This document shows positions 27,080 to 40,449 of a DNA stretch of 64,000 nucleotides, piece after piece. Where the stretch lies: assembly GCA_964016885.1 (NCBI GenBank), contig OZ024743.1, positions 41,974,001-42,038,000 on the forward strand, written 5' to 3'. The position numbers and the translations under genes are program-made. Below the pieces are notes generated by a model. The model did no database searches, had not been told where the DNA came from, and was given only the letters and a program-made list of their open reading frames with translations. Numbering within the stretch: the first letter of the stretch is position 1; each line of letters opens with the position of its first letter. Source of the stretch: Eledone cirrhosa (Eukaryota).

Positions 27080-28080
27080 AGTGTAAATTCACGAGCTTGG
27101 GATCGTCTTGGAAGCTGGAACACCTGCTCAATGGCCAGAGGTCACTGGAATTAGATGTGTTGGCCATCAGCGAAACAAGAGGTTCTGACGAACGAATCTT
27201 CACACCCGTATCCAGTGGCTATGACGTGCACACATCTTCAAGTCACCCGGTATCTTAACTAGATAGGATATTGTGTAAGAATGTCGATAAGGATAGCAAC
27301 GGTTATGCGAAATATAACTTTAGATACTACACAGACTACACGAGTGTGATATATTTTGATGGGCCCCATAGACAAGGTCCCAGTTATTGAAAGCTGAACG
27401 TCTCATTCCCGACGCGGGAAGCCTACATGGAGCGAATTAGTGAATTAGTTAAGCTGGCGTAGAGAGGGCAATCGCTAAGAAACAATTATGATTCACCCAC
27501 ACAAAGAGGCGTCTAGAGAAGAATAGATATAGCTTAGTAAAGCCGTATCAAGAGAAAAAAAAATAGAGTAGAAGGAGAGTTAGTTGAAAAGAAACTAGAA
27601 TAGTCTATTATCAAATGCATAGCAGTCGAAGTCCTTGCGGCCAGTTATTCAATGCTAAGCACCAAGTCTGCATTGTAAGAGCCAAGGCACGTGCTCTTAG
27701 TTCACGAGGTGACGAAAACCGTTCAATGGATCTGTATGGAAGTAGCGTGGTTTGGCAACAAGATTATCCTCCGAACTTTGGCGCACCTAACTCGGTCCGA
27801 AGCATATGTGAGCATCTTTTCTGCAGCATTTTGCTCAACATTAGGGGAGCAGTAGCGGGAAATATTACCGGATGGAATTTAATGTCTACCTTGACAACTT
27901 ACGGCGGCTCTCGGTGCCGGAGGCGAAGTGTTGCGAAAAACCAATAACGCCACAAAAATACAGAAGGCAATGAATAGCTATTCATTGCACGAGGGGTAAA
28001 TCGCGCCAGGTTTGGATGACCTGCTCTAAGACTTTTAGAATTATATACTAGACTTGATCAGCAACTGGCAGCAGAACGGG
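27080..28080 (+). mobile_element. Decayed Tx1/L1-like ORF2 (APE endonuclease to RT start)
   Basis: LELDVLAISETR (APE motif), GPSY*KLNVS (decayed GPGYWKLNxS), SPGLDDL (decayed PGxDG). Confidence 0.6.
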
Positions 28081-28352
28081 AAATTTGTCATTTTTGTGAG
28101 CTGAGGTGCAGTGGAACTGATGAGACCGGACACGTTTGTACTTTTCCTGTTTCTATTTATCGTCGTCGTGGTATAATTATAGTCATATGCATTTGGTCGT
28201 TTTTCTTAGTGTCACAATTTCTTAATTTTCTGTTCATTCTGGACGAAAATATATTAACTTTTCTCAACTTTGAATGCTTTTTGGCTGCCTCATTAAATTC
28301 TATTAGTATCTGTTATATTGAAGCTACAACTTCGATTTACAGCTAGTTATAT

Positions 28353-28404
<52 letters not shown>

Positions 28405-28407
<3 letters not shown>

Positions 28408-28590
28408 TATGTATGTATACGTACATACGTATATGTATACAGACGTACAGTAGCATGCATATATATATATATATATATATGTTTGCATGCTACTGTACGT
28501 CTGTATACATATATGTATATACGTATACATACATACTTACATTTAAGTAAGTGCCAAACTAAGAGTGAAAAATGAAATTTCGTTTTCATT
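28405..28590. repeat. Family G fragments in divergent inverted arrangement
   Basis: AGACGTACAGTAGCATGCA-(TA)n-TGCATGCTACTGTACGTCT...GAGTGAAAAATGAAATTTCG. Confidence 0.8.
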
Positions 28591-28598
28591 TTTTTCAA

Positions 28599-28661
<63 letters not shown>

Positions 28662-30429
28662 CATACATATATCAATTAATGTCATATATTTATAAGTCTG
28701 TTAATGTTATAATACCATACAGTCGTATAATAATTGATGTGCTTCTTTCAATTTACGTGTGTGTATATATATATATTTATATATATATATAGTTTGTATT
28801 TAGTTGTGTTTATCGATGGGTGTGTGCGTGTGGGATTTCCTAAATGTTCAGATATAAATCTAAAACATTGAATATAGATGATTTGCAAATGTATCCAATG
28901 TATTTGATCTTACAAATAGAGTCGTCATACCATTAATATTAAAAAGGTAAAACGACAAGATATACAGAATGCGGTAGAGTTATTTCAGTTTAAATATTGA
29001 TGCATTAAAGCTGAGAACACAGACGCCGATTTTCTATATCAATATATAATTCATGATGAATAAAATGTCATTTTTTCGCAAATTTCTTTCTTGTGCATTA
29101 CAAAATGATAGAATTGACGTTTAATGTATAGCGGCCTGAGACACAATGAACGAATTGATATGTTTAGTCCTAAATATGGCAGAAAAAAATATTTTATATC
29201 CAGGCTTCAGTTGTAAACTGATAATAAGCAAGAATATTAAAGTTACTTAATTTAAATGAATTCTCTGACACAATTCCTCCAAACATAGTGTTTCCACGCC
29301 CTGTGGTTTTTCTATTGCAGAAATGGTGGCTATATCTGAAGGTCTGCTTAAGATATAGAAACCATTTCTGTAACAGAAACATTAACTATGTTAGTTCCAA
29401 CCCAATATGTAGCCCAAATGTTTAGCTCAATCTTTCCTGTCGAAAATGTTGACTTGCTGTCGGAATCACCAACAATGTAAACAAAATATCACGTGCAAAA
29501 TGTTTCCGTTCTTGTAGCACTTCAATGCCTATGAAATAAAAACAAACTTGCTGGAGCGTATGGCGAAATATTTTTCGGGGTTGCTCAAATTTACTACTCA
29601 CTCTCTAGCAGTATGAATCAAAGCATGTAGATTGTTGGACACATTAGAATATAACACGCAGTGTATACTGTTTCTTATGGCCATTTGCATTCTGACTTAA
29701 AATCCCTCTGAGATACGACTTCGTACGCAACTTGTTTCAAAAACAAACACTACGCTGGGTTTCATTAAATACATACACACCGTTGAAGATAGAAGAGAGA
29801 AAGTATGAGTTGTGTATGACCATTCAGGGATTGAATTGAGGAGAATCGCTTAAAATAACTGAATAAATATATACTAGATGATAAACCATCAAAAACGTTC
29901 GAGGAATGTTAACTTCCATATGCAATATGCACACATTCGAGTTGTGTAAAGAGTTCACTTTCTCAGAAATATATTATTTTAATAATCTCATACATATGCA
30001 TCAACACAGAAACACATACACTTACACATACACCCGTACAAACACGCGAACATATCGACGAATACACATACAAGCAGAAGCATGAATACATATAATTGTA
30101 GAGTAGGAAGAAATGTATGACTAAAGATTCTCAATAAATGTATGTCGAATGTAGGTATGTATTGTTAATATGTGCAAACGAACATTTGCACACAAAGTCA
30201 CTACTGTGCAGAAATTCTCATTGCAAAGATAGCTAACATGATCCATTCAGAGAATGGTATACATATAGAATAACGTTTACAAAGTTATCGGGGCATAGAT
30301 TCCTAGTAAAGCATGACGTTCGAAGAGACATATCTCTGTGTTAGAAATAGCAGTAAATTCACCATTCTATTTTGACTATCTTCAAAAGGACAAAGACCAT
30401 CAATGTAGAATACAATGCAGACTGACAGA

Positions 30430-30850
30430 GGCTGTTACTAAAAGCTATCAAGACTAAAAGCCCATGAAAATCGAACGAAAGAGCCCTGTTGCTGCAGGAA
30501 AATTTCTTCCAGCACATAAGTCCTAGTTTTCAATGGCTGCAGTGTGTGATTCGTTTTTGAACCAGTTGATCACCCTCCCTATTATCCTGATGTATCTGAC
30601 TATCAACTGTTCCCCAATATGAAAATGCACATGGCTGGGAACCAGCACCGCAGTGATGATGACGCCATATCTGCTTATGGGGAGTTGTTTGACAAACAGG
30701 ATGAAATCTTTTTACCAATGGGATTCAAACAGTACCTCTCCAATGGGAGACGTGTGTGGACAGCAAAGTGGAATATGTTGAACAATAAACCACATTTCAT
30801 TATTTTCCATGAAAGTATCTGGGTCAGACGATGATCATTGCAGACCTCTT
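30430..30850 (+). mobile_element. mariner transposase C-terminal relic plus right end
   Basis: HPPYYPDVSDYQLFPNMKMHMAG..RSDDDAI...FDKQD resembles HPPYSPDLAPSDYHLF. An inverted copy of the end lies at 31703-31826. Confidence 0.8.
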
Positions 30851-30854
30851 TTCC

Positions 30855-30889
<35 letters not shown>

Positions 30890-30936
30890 AGAATATTTTC
30901 AAAACAGCGAGTGGGCTTGAAATTATTAGAAATGTG

Positions 30937-31640
<704 letters not shown>

Positions 31641-31654
31641 AGAAAGAAAGAAAG

Positions 31655-31695
<41 letters not shown>

Positions 31696-31702
31696 GCAAA
31701 AC

Positions 31703-31825
31703 AGGGCTGCGAGGTTCATGGACTGACCAGGATACTTTTATGCAATATGATGAAATGTGGTTTATTGTACGACATATTCAGCCTTGGTGTCCACACACGT
31801 CTGCCATCAGAGATGTACTGTTTGA

Positions 31826-31826
<1 letters not shown>
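31703..31826 (-). mobile_element. mariner terminal fragment
   Basis: Diverged reverse complement of about 30725-30850. Confidence 0.65.
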
Positions 31827-31856
<30 letters not shown>

Positions 31857-34563
31857 TATACATATATATCGTGCATTTATAACGAGACATACTCATATAT
31901 TAGTATGACTATGAGGCAAATATATTACGGTTGAAATTCCATAACCCACTATATTTATTCATTACTTCACTAATGAAAGGCATATGCTCGTGTCTCGAAA
32001 GGAATATGCGGTTTTATTTTAAATATATATATTTCCGTATGTTGACTGTTAAATGGTATGTTCACATTACCGTTTATATTGATATTAATAATATGAATAT
32101 GTGTGTAATATTTATCTAAGGATTCAACCGATATTGTTATTTATTTTACGCTAGGTCATTTTATTAAATAGAAATATCTATATTTAATCAATCAATAATT
32201 TTATCGCCTTTGATCTCTAAGCAAACAGAATGCTTTTTTCAAATATGACAAAAACAAAATGTCTATAATAGATTTATTTCGCATTATAGATTTTTACCCA
32301 ATAAATCGTTAATTGAGTGTAAACTGTTGAGTATAAATAATATCTTTAAAATAAAACCAGATTCCCGTTCTAATTATCTCCCTTTATATGAATTGATTGC
32401 TTCCTATTATTTGTTTGTGAATAATTTCAGAATTTACATATTATGCTTAACCCATAAGCAACTCCTTTGAATCAATATTAAAATTCGTTTCGGATTCCTC
32501 CCCGTAAATTCGATATGAATTCTTTCATTACCAGATTTCTAATGAAAAACACAGTCTCAAATAATGTTTGAAAATAATAATATAACTAAAGTTCAATGTT
32601 AGATAACAATATTTATTAATACCTCTTCATAAATATTAATGGAAACATATTAGGTGTTAATCTGTCAATACGACCATCTAGTAAAAATTATTTTAGTCTC
32701 CAAATTAAATGATTTTACGTGAATTATATATTTACGTTTTACTTAATATTTTATGATGAAAGATCACTAATTATTTTTCAGAATCTCCAGGACCGGTGGC
32801 TGATTGTATGGAATTGTTCTCCTAAAGCCAGAGACGTGGCCCGAATGGTTGCAAAGAAATGGACTTAAAGAAAATCAGCATAGAACCAGGAGAAACTGTT
32901 AACTCTATGGAAGATTATGTGTAGCACCAAAACCCCGGAACTTAATGATCTGGAACAAATGTCAGAATTAATCATGCTAGATAAATGTTGCTTATAATAA
33001 TCTCTGTATTTTAATAACCTTTTAAATATACTGAGTTACAACAGATGATTATTACAAAGGAACACCTGATGTGATAAATATAATCAAATATATTAATTAT
33101 CAATATAAGGGATCAGATAAATTATGTATAGCATAATAACTATAATGTCATAAATCTCATATAGTACAACGTCTATCATTTTACAACGTCTATCATATAT
33201 ACTTTTCGTATTGTATACTTCATAAAAATATGAGTTGTGATAACCCTCATATAGTGAAACACCTACGTGTTATGTATTAATATTCATATTGTATAGTGCC
33301 TATAAATGTATGAGATGTGATAACCTGCAGTACAACATATCACATTGTATGTAAATTTCATCAATAAGATGTGAAACATTACCTTTACATGTTTCTGTGT
33401 TATTATTCCTGTTTGGAATAAATTTTGCATTATCGCAGTATTCTTTTCCTTGTATACCTATAGTTTATTTGTTAAGTACTTATTACATTAACGTAAGCTG
33501 GATGGAATATAATATTTACACTGATGAGATGTATTATAAAGAAACGTGATGAAATAAGCATTTGATAAAATAGTCCACATAGCGTTATATATTCTTTCTG
33601 TTCATTCAACATTACGCATAGTTGGCTCTCAGGAACATATAAGCAAATATATATATTCGGATTATGCAGTCACATTTTATTGATATTACCAGAGAAAGGC
33701 CGAAAGACATAGGAGCATAAAAAAGGATATATATTGGATTTAAACGATAGATCTATTTATATAAATCTGAGTAGAGCTGAGGTCATTCACAAGAACAGTT
33801 GTTCAATTATATGAACGTGATTTCCTAAAGATAGTAGAAATAGTAGAAAAATATCACATAGAAAAAGGCACACACTATGGAAAATGTTAATCGAAAAAAT
33901 GAACATCTTAATTTCGAATTTATTGAGGTGGTTGGTCTTGTGGGTCTGGATTTGAACTAATAGTAACAAATAAAGCATGCTTAATGATAGGAATAAAAAC
34001 AAATTGATTACACAATATAGTATATTAAATGATAGTTAAGCAGGAAAATAACCATAATAACTACATGAATAAACGTGGCAAGTGAAATGCATAGGAACAC
34101 CCTTCAAAGAACTAGAAGTAAATATTTATTCTCATAATATTATACATCTCGTATGTAGAAACATACATGCAGTGAGAATGTTAAAAGCTGCCTAAGGCAT
34201 CTGAATAATGTTGCTCAAATGTCAATATTCAGCTATTCTCAGACTGTAAAATGCTTCAATGATATCATGTGTTAACATTGTGATATTTTGGTCCCTGGTA
34301 TATGAATACGTTTACGGAGTTACGCTACTTAGAAATAATGACAAAATAATATATTATACAAACACTAAACTGCATCACAGATTTTGAATATTTGATTTGT
34401 ATTTAGGTTTAATGTAGGGGCAGGAAATAAATAATCCTTACGTAGCATTATGGTCGATTTAAAGCCAAAAGTATTTGCAATAGTTTAACTGTATATGTAT
34501 AATACATACAAACAAACATACACATACACAAACACACAAACCAACAAGTGCGCACACATACAC

Positions 34564-34628
<65 letters not shown>

Positions 34629-34742
34629 TTGTAATATAGTGAAACGAAATTTCATTTCTCACTCTTAGTACGGCACTTACTTAAATGTAAGTACGTATGT
34701 ATACGTACATACATATATGTATACAGACGTACAGTAGCATGC

Positions 34743-34785
<43 letters not shown>

Positions 34786-34943
34786 TATATACAGGTACAC
34801 ATATATATATATGTACGTATCAGTTTAGCGAACGTTTATTATAACGCCCGCTTTGTCCGTTTGTAAACAAGCGAACAGACTGATTTATGCCATACGGTGT
34901 TAAGGCAACCACGTCACCTTTTTATTCAACACTGACACAGAAA

Positions 34944-34984
34944 CGATGTACTAGTTTCAAGCTTGTTAGCTATCATCAGCACCG
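34944..34984 (-). ncRNA. Minimal type I hammerhead (family G), intact
   Basis: CGGUG-CUGAUGA-UAGCUAACAAGCUU-GAAA-CUAG-UA^CAUCG. Confidence 0.9.
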
Positions 34985-35220
34985 TATACCCTTCTGCCAG
35001 ATAGTTGAACGTTCGAAAGTATATACTTTCCCTATGAAAATTAATGGCTGAGCAGCCTAATTTGCATATCGAGTGAGTTCAGTCGGCCAGGCGTACCGAA
35101 AACGATAAGTTGTAATATAATGAAACGAAATTTCATTTCTCACTCTTAGTACGGCACTTACTTAAATGTAAGTATGTATGTATACGTACATACATATATG
35201 TATACAGACGTACAGTAGCA

Positions 35221-35310
<90 letters not shown>

Positions 35311-35476
35311 TATGTGAGTGAAAAATGAAATTTCGTTTCATTATATTATAACTTATCGTTTTCGGTACGCCTGGCCTACTGAACTCACTCGATAATCAAA
35401 TGAGGCTGCTCAGCCGTTAATTTTCATAAGGAAAGTATATACTTTCGAACGTTCAACTATCTGGCAGAAGGGTATA

Positions 35477-35517
35477 CGATGTTGATGATAGCTAACAAGC
35501 TTGAAACTAGTACATCG
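35477..35517 (+). ncRNA. Family G hammerhead with C3U change (UUGAUGA)
   Basis: CGAUG-UUGAUGA-UAGCUAACAAGCUU-GAAA-CUAG-UA^CAUCG. Confidence 0.75.
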
Positions 35518-35690
35518 TTCCTGTGTCATTGTTGAACGAAAAAAAAAAAAAAAAAAAAAGGTGACGTGGTTGCCTTAACACCGTATGGCATAAATCAGGC
35601 TGTTCGGTTGTTTACAAACGGACAAAGCGGGCGTTATAATAAACGTTCGCTAAACTGATACGTACATATATATATGTGTACCTGTATGTA

Positions 35691-35737
<47 letters not shown>

Positions 35738-35976
35738 GCATGCTACTGTACGTCTGTATACATATATGTATGTACGTATACATACAGACTTACATTTAAG
35801 TAAGTGCCGTACTAAGAGTGAGAAATAAAATTTCGTTTCATTATATTACAACTTATCGTTTTCGGTACGCCTGACCGACTGAACTCACTCGATATGCAAA
35901 TTATGCTGCTCAGCCGTTAATTTTCATAAGGAAAGTATACACTTTCGAACGTTCAACTATCTGGCAGAAGGGTATA

Positions 35977-36017
35977 CGGTGCTGATGATAGCTAACAAGC
36001 TTGAAACTAGTACATCG
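35977..36017 (+). ncRNA. Minimal type I hammerhead (family G), intact
   Basis: CGGUG-CUGAUGA-UAGCUAACAAGCUU-GAAA-CUAG-UA^CAUCG; predicted cut after 36012. Confidence 0.9.
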
Positions 36018-36179
36018 TTCCTGTGTCAGTGTTGAACAAAAAGGTGACGTGGTTGCCTTAAGACCGTATGGCATAAATCAGGCTGTTCGCTTGTTTACAA
36101 ACGGACAAAGCGGGCGTTATAATAAACGTTCGCTAAACAGATACGTACATATATATATGTGTACCTGTATGTATATATG

Positions 36180-36218
<39 letters not shown>

Positions 36219-36279
36219 GCATGCTACTGTACGTCTGTATACATATATGTATGTACGTATACATACATACTTACACATA

Positions 36280-36330
<51 letters not shown>

Positions 36331-36423
36331 GTTATTCCGGGTTGAATCGGAGGTAACCACAGTAAGTAAGGTACTCAATACATAGCAGAGTATAACAGTT
36401 TTAATATAGATGAGATTCTACAG

Positions 36424-36460
36424 GACTAGAACTGTTTCATTCAATTGACATCATTAGATC
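36424..36460 (-). ncRNA. Degenerate hammerhead in a short repeat (family E) between (TA)n runs
   Basis: GAU-CUAAUGA-UGUCAAUUGAAU-GAAA-CAGUUC-UA-GUC; G5A core change. Confidence 0.35.
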
Positions 36461-36522
36461 GTGAACCTAATACCTAACACCTTTCGTAACTGTACTCCTT
36501 GTTGTCGTAATTTACCTTTCCA

Positions 36523-36568
<46 letters not shown>

Positions 36569-36572
36569 AAAG

Positions 36573-36633
<61 letters not shown>

Positions 36634-36662
36634 TATTTGGGGAGGGTCATATTTGCGTAATA

Positions 36663-39545
36663 TTGCCAGAATTAATAACAGAACACACTCACTGTTTGGT
36701 TGGTTTTCGCTTCTCGCTGTCTTTTATATATATATATCTGCGATCTAACTTACTCGGTGATAATGGTAATAATACTAGCGATAGACAGAACAACAACAAC
36801 CACAATAATAATAATAATAGAAACGTTAACCACAGACACAGCAACAGTGACCACAGTAGTAATAACGGTAACAATACGAACAACAACAACAACAATAACC
36901 ACAGTGGTAATAATGGAAATAGTACATGTAGCAACATCAACAAAAACAAGAAACATAATAATAGTAACAACCACAATGGTAGAAATAGCAGTAACAACAA
37001 CAATAACGGTGAAGTAAACAACAATACATCTAGCAATCATAACAATAATAATATTAATGCTAAGGATAGAAACAACAACAACCACCATGATAACAATAAT
37101 AGCAACACACACAACTATGACGATAGAAATAACGACAACCCCTTAGAGAAACTATTTTTCAACCCAGCTGACAAAACATATAAGATGGGTAATATCTATC
37201 CTACGAGGTTACCCTTTAATAAAAGAGTTTGCATACCACAACAAATAGATGACGAGACGGAGGCACAGTTCACCATAGCTAGAAATAAGATTAGACAAGT
37301 AGTAGACAGGTACACTATGAGACAGAGCAGACCAGAGGCCCAACAACTTGGGATAAAACCTGTAGAAGGCTTGGTTAGCCTCAAGCAGCGCACAAGGGAT
37401 GGTGAGGTAGTGTGTCTACCCACAGATAAGTCTGGTAGGATGTCAATAGATAGCATGCCGAACTACATCGAGGCAATGCAACCCCACATCACCAACACGA
37501 GCGAAGTTGCACAACTAACACACGATGGGAGAGAAAAAATCCTCAACGCTCACATGATGATGTGGACTGACATCCTAAAGCCAAGCAGACGCACTGCCAA
37601 CAACTTCCAGGCGTCTAACAATGGCATACCACCCTTGTATGGGCTCCGCAAAGACCACAAGACAGTCGACGACCCGACAATAGGACCACCAACAAGACCT
37701 GTATGCGGAGCTAATATAGCTAGCAACTACAGGATCTCCTACTTCCTCTCAATGGTTATACGCCCCATAATCAAGATGTCCCCAGATGTATGTGAAAGTA
37801 CAGAGGACCTCCTCAGCAGAATCAGTGAGTGCAACAAAAACAGGAGCCTATCCAACTGCATAATAGGCAGCATGGATGTGGTGTCACTGTACCCATCCAT
37901 TAACATTGATTTTGCTGTGAAAAGATGTGTGGAGATGATCATTGAGAGTGAGGTGGAGTTCTGCGACGTCGACACAGACGAACTGGGCCTCCTACTTAGA
38001 CTTACCTACGACACTGACTACCTAGACAGCCATGACCTTAGATGTTTCTGCCCTAGTAGACCTATAAGAGGTAGACCCCCCACCATAACCTCAATGGCTA
38101 AAAAGACTCCCATAGGAAGGTGGATTGGGTGGACCAAAGCTATACGGACCCCCCAAAACACTGATCAGGTAAGAAAAATGGTCGCACATGCAATAGGGGC
38201 TAGTATCAAAACTACCCTAAAGGGCCACATATTTAAGTTCAATGAGAAAATCTACACCCAAAATGAGGGAGCAGCCATCGGCGTCAGCATAGCTGGCGAT
38301 GTTGCCAACCTTTTCATGGTATGGTGGGAAAGGAGACTTAAAGATCTCCTTAATGAAAGCTCCATAGACCTCATCATGTACTCTCGTTATGTAGACGATA
38401 TCAATATAGTTATAAGAACACCCCCACTAGAGAGCACTAACAAGTTTGATTTAGAACGTAGCACGATGGAAAGCATCCAGCAGATAGCTAATTCCATACA
38501 CCAGAGTATAACTGTAACTATAGACTTCCCTTCCAAACACCCTAACAATAGACTACCTGTATTAGACACAGAACTCTGGATTAACACTATAGACGAGAGA
38601 GCCCAAATTCTCCACTCACACTATGCTAAACCCATGGCCTCCAAATACCTGATACTCAAAAACTCAGCAATGTCCAGTAGTGCTAAGTTTAATATTCTGA
38701 TCGCAGATTTGGTACGAGTGATGAAGAATGTGTCCAGCATGTGCGACCCAACAGAAATGGAAGGACACATCCAACACTTCATCAACCGCATGCAGTTCTC
38801 TGGCTACAACCAAAGAGACAGAGTCAGAGTATACGAAGGAGCCATGGAAAAGTATAAGACCCTCATAGAACTGGACATGAAAGGAATTTGCCCACTATAC
38901 AGGAGCAAATCATGGAATAGCTTAGATAGGGCTAGACATAAGATAGGGAAGGCCACATCATGGTACGACAACCAGAGATATCAGAGTGTCATGTTTGTGG
39001 ACGCCACCCCTGGAGGGAAATTAGCTAACCAGTGTAGAAAGGCCCTGAGAAAGACCCACTTAAAAATAAAGGTGGTAGAAAAGCCAGGAACCACCATAAA
39101 ATCCCTGATCAGCAAAACCTACCCTTTTAAGAAAACCCACTGTACCAATAGGAAATGTATCATATGTAAGGTGAACCCCCGGATAAACTGTAAAACTAGA
39201 AACGTAGTCTATAGCATAAGATGTACAGAGGGTACTTGCAGAAACACGACAACAACATACATAGGTGAGACAGCTCGTAGCATAGGTGAAAGGATAGACC
39301 AACACTGGGGGGAACTAAAAGGACGAAAAAACGGGTCAGTACTATACGAACATGCTAGACAACATCATGACGGTAACATAGACAACATAGAAATTAGAAT
39401 AATATCTAAACATAGGAATGACCCAGCAGATAGGCAAATCAGAGAGGCCAGTGAAATAGAAATTAGAAGACCAAAGCTAAACAGAAAGAATGAGTGGAAC
39501 AACAACAACACCCAAACAAACAACACTGACCTAAGAGAAGTATAA
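36663..39545 (+). CDS. PLE polyprotein: Asn-rich region, reverse transcriptase, Cys linker, GIY-YIG endonuclease (true start uncertain; first ATG at 37185)
   Basis: LYGLRKDHK...[26 protein letters not shown]...[34 protein letters not shown]...YIGETARS...R.DQH...EASEI...PKLN. No stop codons. Confidence 0.92.
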   Translation: MPELITEHTHCLVGFRFSLSFIYIYLRSNLLGDNGNNTSDRQNNNNHNNNNNRNVNHRHSNSDHSSNNGNNTNNNNNNNHSGNNGNSTCSNINKNKKHNNSNNHNGRNSSNNNNNGEVNNNTSSNHNNNNINAKDRNNNNHHDNNNSNTHNYDDRNNDNPLEKLFFNPADKTYKMGNIYPTRLPFNKRVCIPQQIDDETEAQFTIARNKIRQVVDRYTMRQSRPEAQQLGIKPVEGLVSLKQRTRDGEVVCLPTDKSGRMSIDSMPNYIEAMQPHITNTSEVAQLTHDGREKILNAHMMMWTDILKPSRRTANNFQASNNGIPPLYGLRKDHKTVDDPTIGPPTRPVCGANIASNYRISYFLSMVIRPIIKMSPDVCESTEDLLSRISECNKNRSLSNCIIGSMDVVSLYPSINIDFAVKRCVEMIIESEVEFCDVDTDELGLLLRLTYDTDYLDSHDLRCFCPSRPIRGRPPTITSMAKKTPIGRWIGWTKAIRTPQNTDQVRKMVAHAIGASIKTTLKGHIFKFNEKIYTQNEGAAIGVSIAGDVANLFMVWWERRLKDLLNESSIDLIMYSRYVDDINIVIRTPPLESTNKFDLERSTMESIQQIANSIHQSITVTIDFPSKHPNNRLPVLDTELWINTIDERAQILHSHYAKPMASKYLILKNSAMSSSAKFNILIADLVRVMKNVSSMCDPTEMEGHIQHFINRMQFSGYNQRDRVRVYEGAMEKYKTLIELDMKGICPLYRSKSWNSLDRARHKIGKATSWYDNQRYQSVMFVDATPGGKLANQCRKALRKTHLKIKVVEKPGTTIKSLISKTYPFKKTHCTNRKCIICKVNPRINCKTRNVVYSIRCTEGTCRNTTTTYIGETARSIGERIDQHWGELKGRKNGSVLYEHARQHHDGNIDNIEIRIISKHRNDPADRQIREASEIEIRRPKLNRKNEWNNNNTQTNNTDLREV

Positions 39546-39813
39546 ATAAATAAGTAAATTAAATAAAATAAAATAAGATAAATAAATACATACACAAGCA
39601 CATAAACACACACTAGTCACCCAGCAGACAACACTATACACACTAGTCACACATCACACATAACACTATACACACACGCAAACGCATGCGCAAAGAAGAC
39701 AAAATAAAATAAGATAAACAAACAAGCAAATAAATAAATAAATATATAGACAGACTGAACAAAAAAAAAATGGCGTAGACATACAACACAACAGGAGGAA
39801 CAATGAATATAAC

Positions 39814-39855
39814 ACCACTGACGATGTTGCAGATGTGCAACGAAAGATTTATGTA
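39814..39855 (+). ncRNA. Hammerhead motif in PLE-A 3'UTR (core and stem II intact, stem I weak)
   Basis: ACCA-CUGACGA-U-GUUGCA-GAUG-UGCAAC-GAAA-GAUU-UA^UGUA; same position as 11418-11462. Copies at 41174-41215 (-) and 42485-42526 (+). Confidence 0.7.
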
Positions 39856-40120
39856 AACTATATATATATGTGTTTGTCTATATTGTATCTGTATTATTTT
39901 TGACCGCCGGTCAGTCAATGGCAACATTGAGGACCGAGTAAGTTAGATCGCAGATATATATATATAAAAGACAGCGAGAAGCGAAAACCAACCAAACAGT
40001 GAGTGTGTTCTGTTATTAATTCTGGCAATATTACGCAAATATGACCCTCCCCAAATATAACAATATCTGTTTCGACACACGATTTCATATAAAAAACCTC
40101 GCAAAACTAATTCATCGCCG

Positions 40121-40154
<34 letters not shown>

Positions 40155-40158
<4 letters not shown>

Positions 40159-40300
40159 GATATTAAACAAATGGAAATTACAAATTGAAATTACAAATGT
40201 AAATTAATATCGTAAAATACTCCAAAATCTGTTGAGTGCTTTTATATCAGTTATAAAATATTTACTCGTTGTAACCCAACATTTTAAATAAAACTTTTGC
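40155..40300 (+). repeat. Family D 3' fragment
   Basis: Reverse-complement similarity to about 31335-31445. Confidence 0.7.
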
Positions 40301-40307
40301 ATATATA

Positions 40308-40347
<40 letters not shown>

Positions 40348-40350
<3 letters not shown>

Positions 40351-40427
40351 CCCACTCTACTACCTCAAGTACTGAGTACTTTGGTGCGTTATGGTCCACC
40401 TGGTTCCTTACCACATTTCCTTCGTTA
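40348..40427 (+). repeat. Family F tail fragment between (TA)n runs
   Basis: TTACCCACTCTACTACCTCAAGTACTGAGTACTTTGGTGCGTTATGGTCCACCTGGTTCC matches the reverse complement of 10155-10235. Confidence 0.8.
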
Positions 40428-40449
40428 TATATATATATATATATATAAG

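Larger units (their letters stand above)
34624..36275. mobile_element. Tandem retrozyme-like arrays (family G): minus array 34624-35224 (period 481), plus array 35316-36275 (period 500)
   Basis: Head-to-tail non-coding monomers with one HHR each. Periods measured from matching positions 34628/35109 and 35503/36003. Confidence 0.9.
36630..40121 (+). mobile_element. Penelope-like element (family A) with inverted 5' pseudo-LTR and 3' tail, in (TA)n
   Basis: 36630-36758 is the exact reverse complement of 39933-40061. Long ORF, HHR in the 3'UTR, (TA)n on both flanks. Confidence 0.95.

Noticed and set aside
26576-27154. Short ORFs over AAC/AAT-rich sequence
   Set aside because: Degenerate trinucleotide low-complexity DNA with no recognisable domain.
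35420-35465. Second or antisense hammerhead in the family G monomer around palindrome GAAAGTATATACTTTC
   Set aside because: No CUGANGA box or stem I on either strand, so an ambisense viroid-like design is not supported.
36663-36758. Annotated N-terminus MPELITEH... of the 960-aa ORF
   Set aside because: TTG start inside the inverted pseudo-LTR; the in-frame fusion looks fortuitous.
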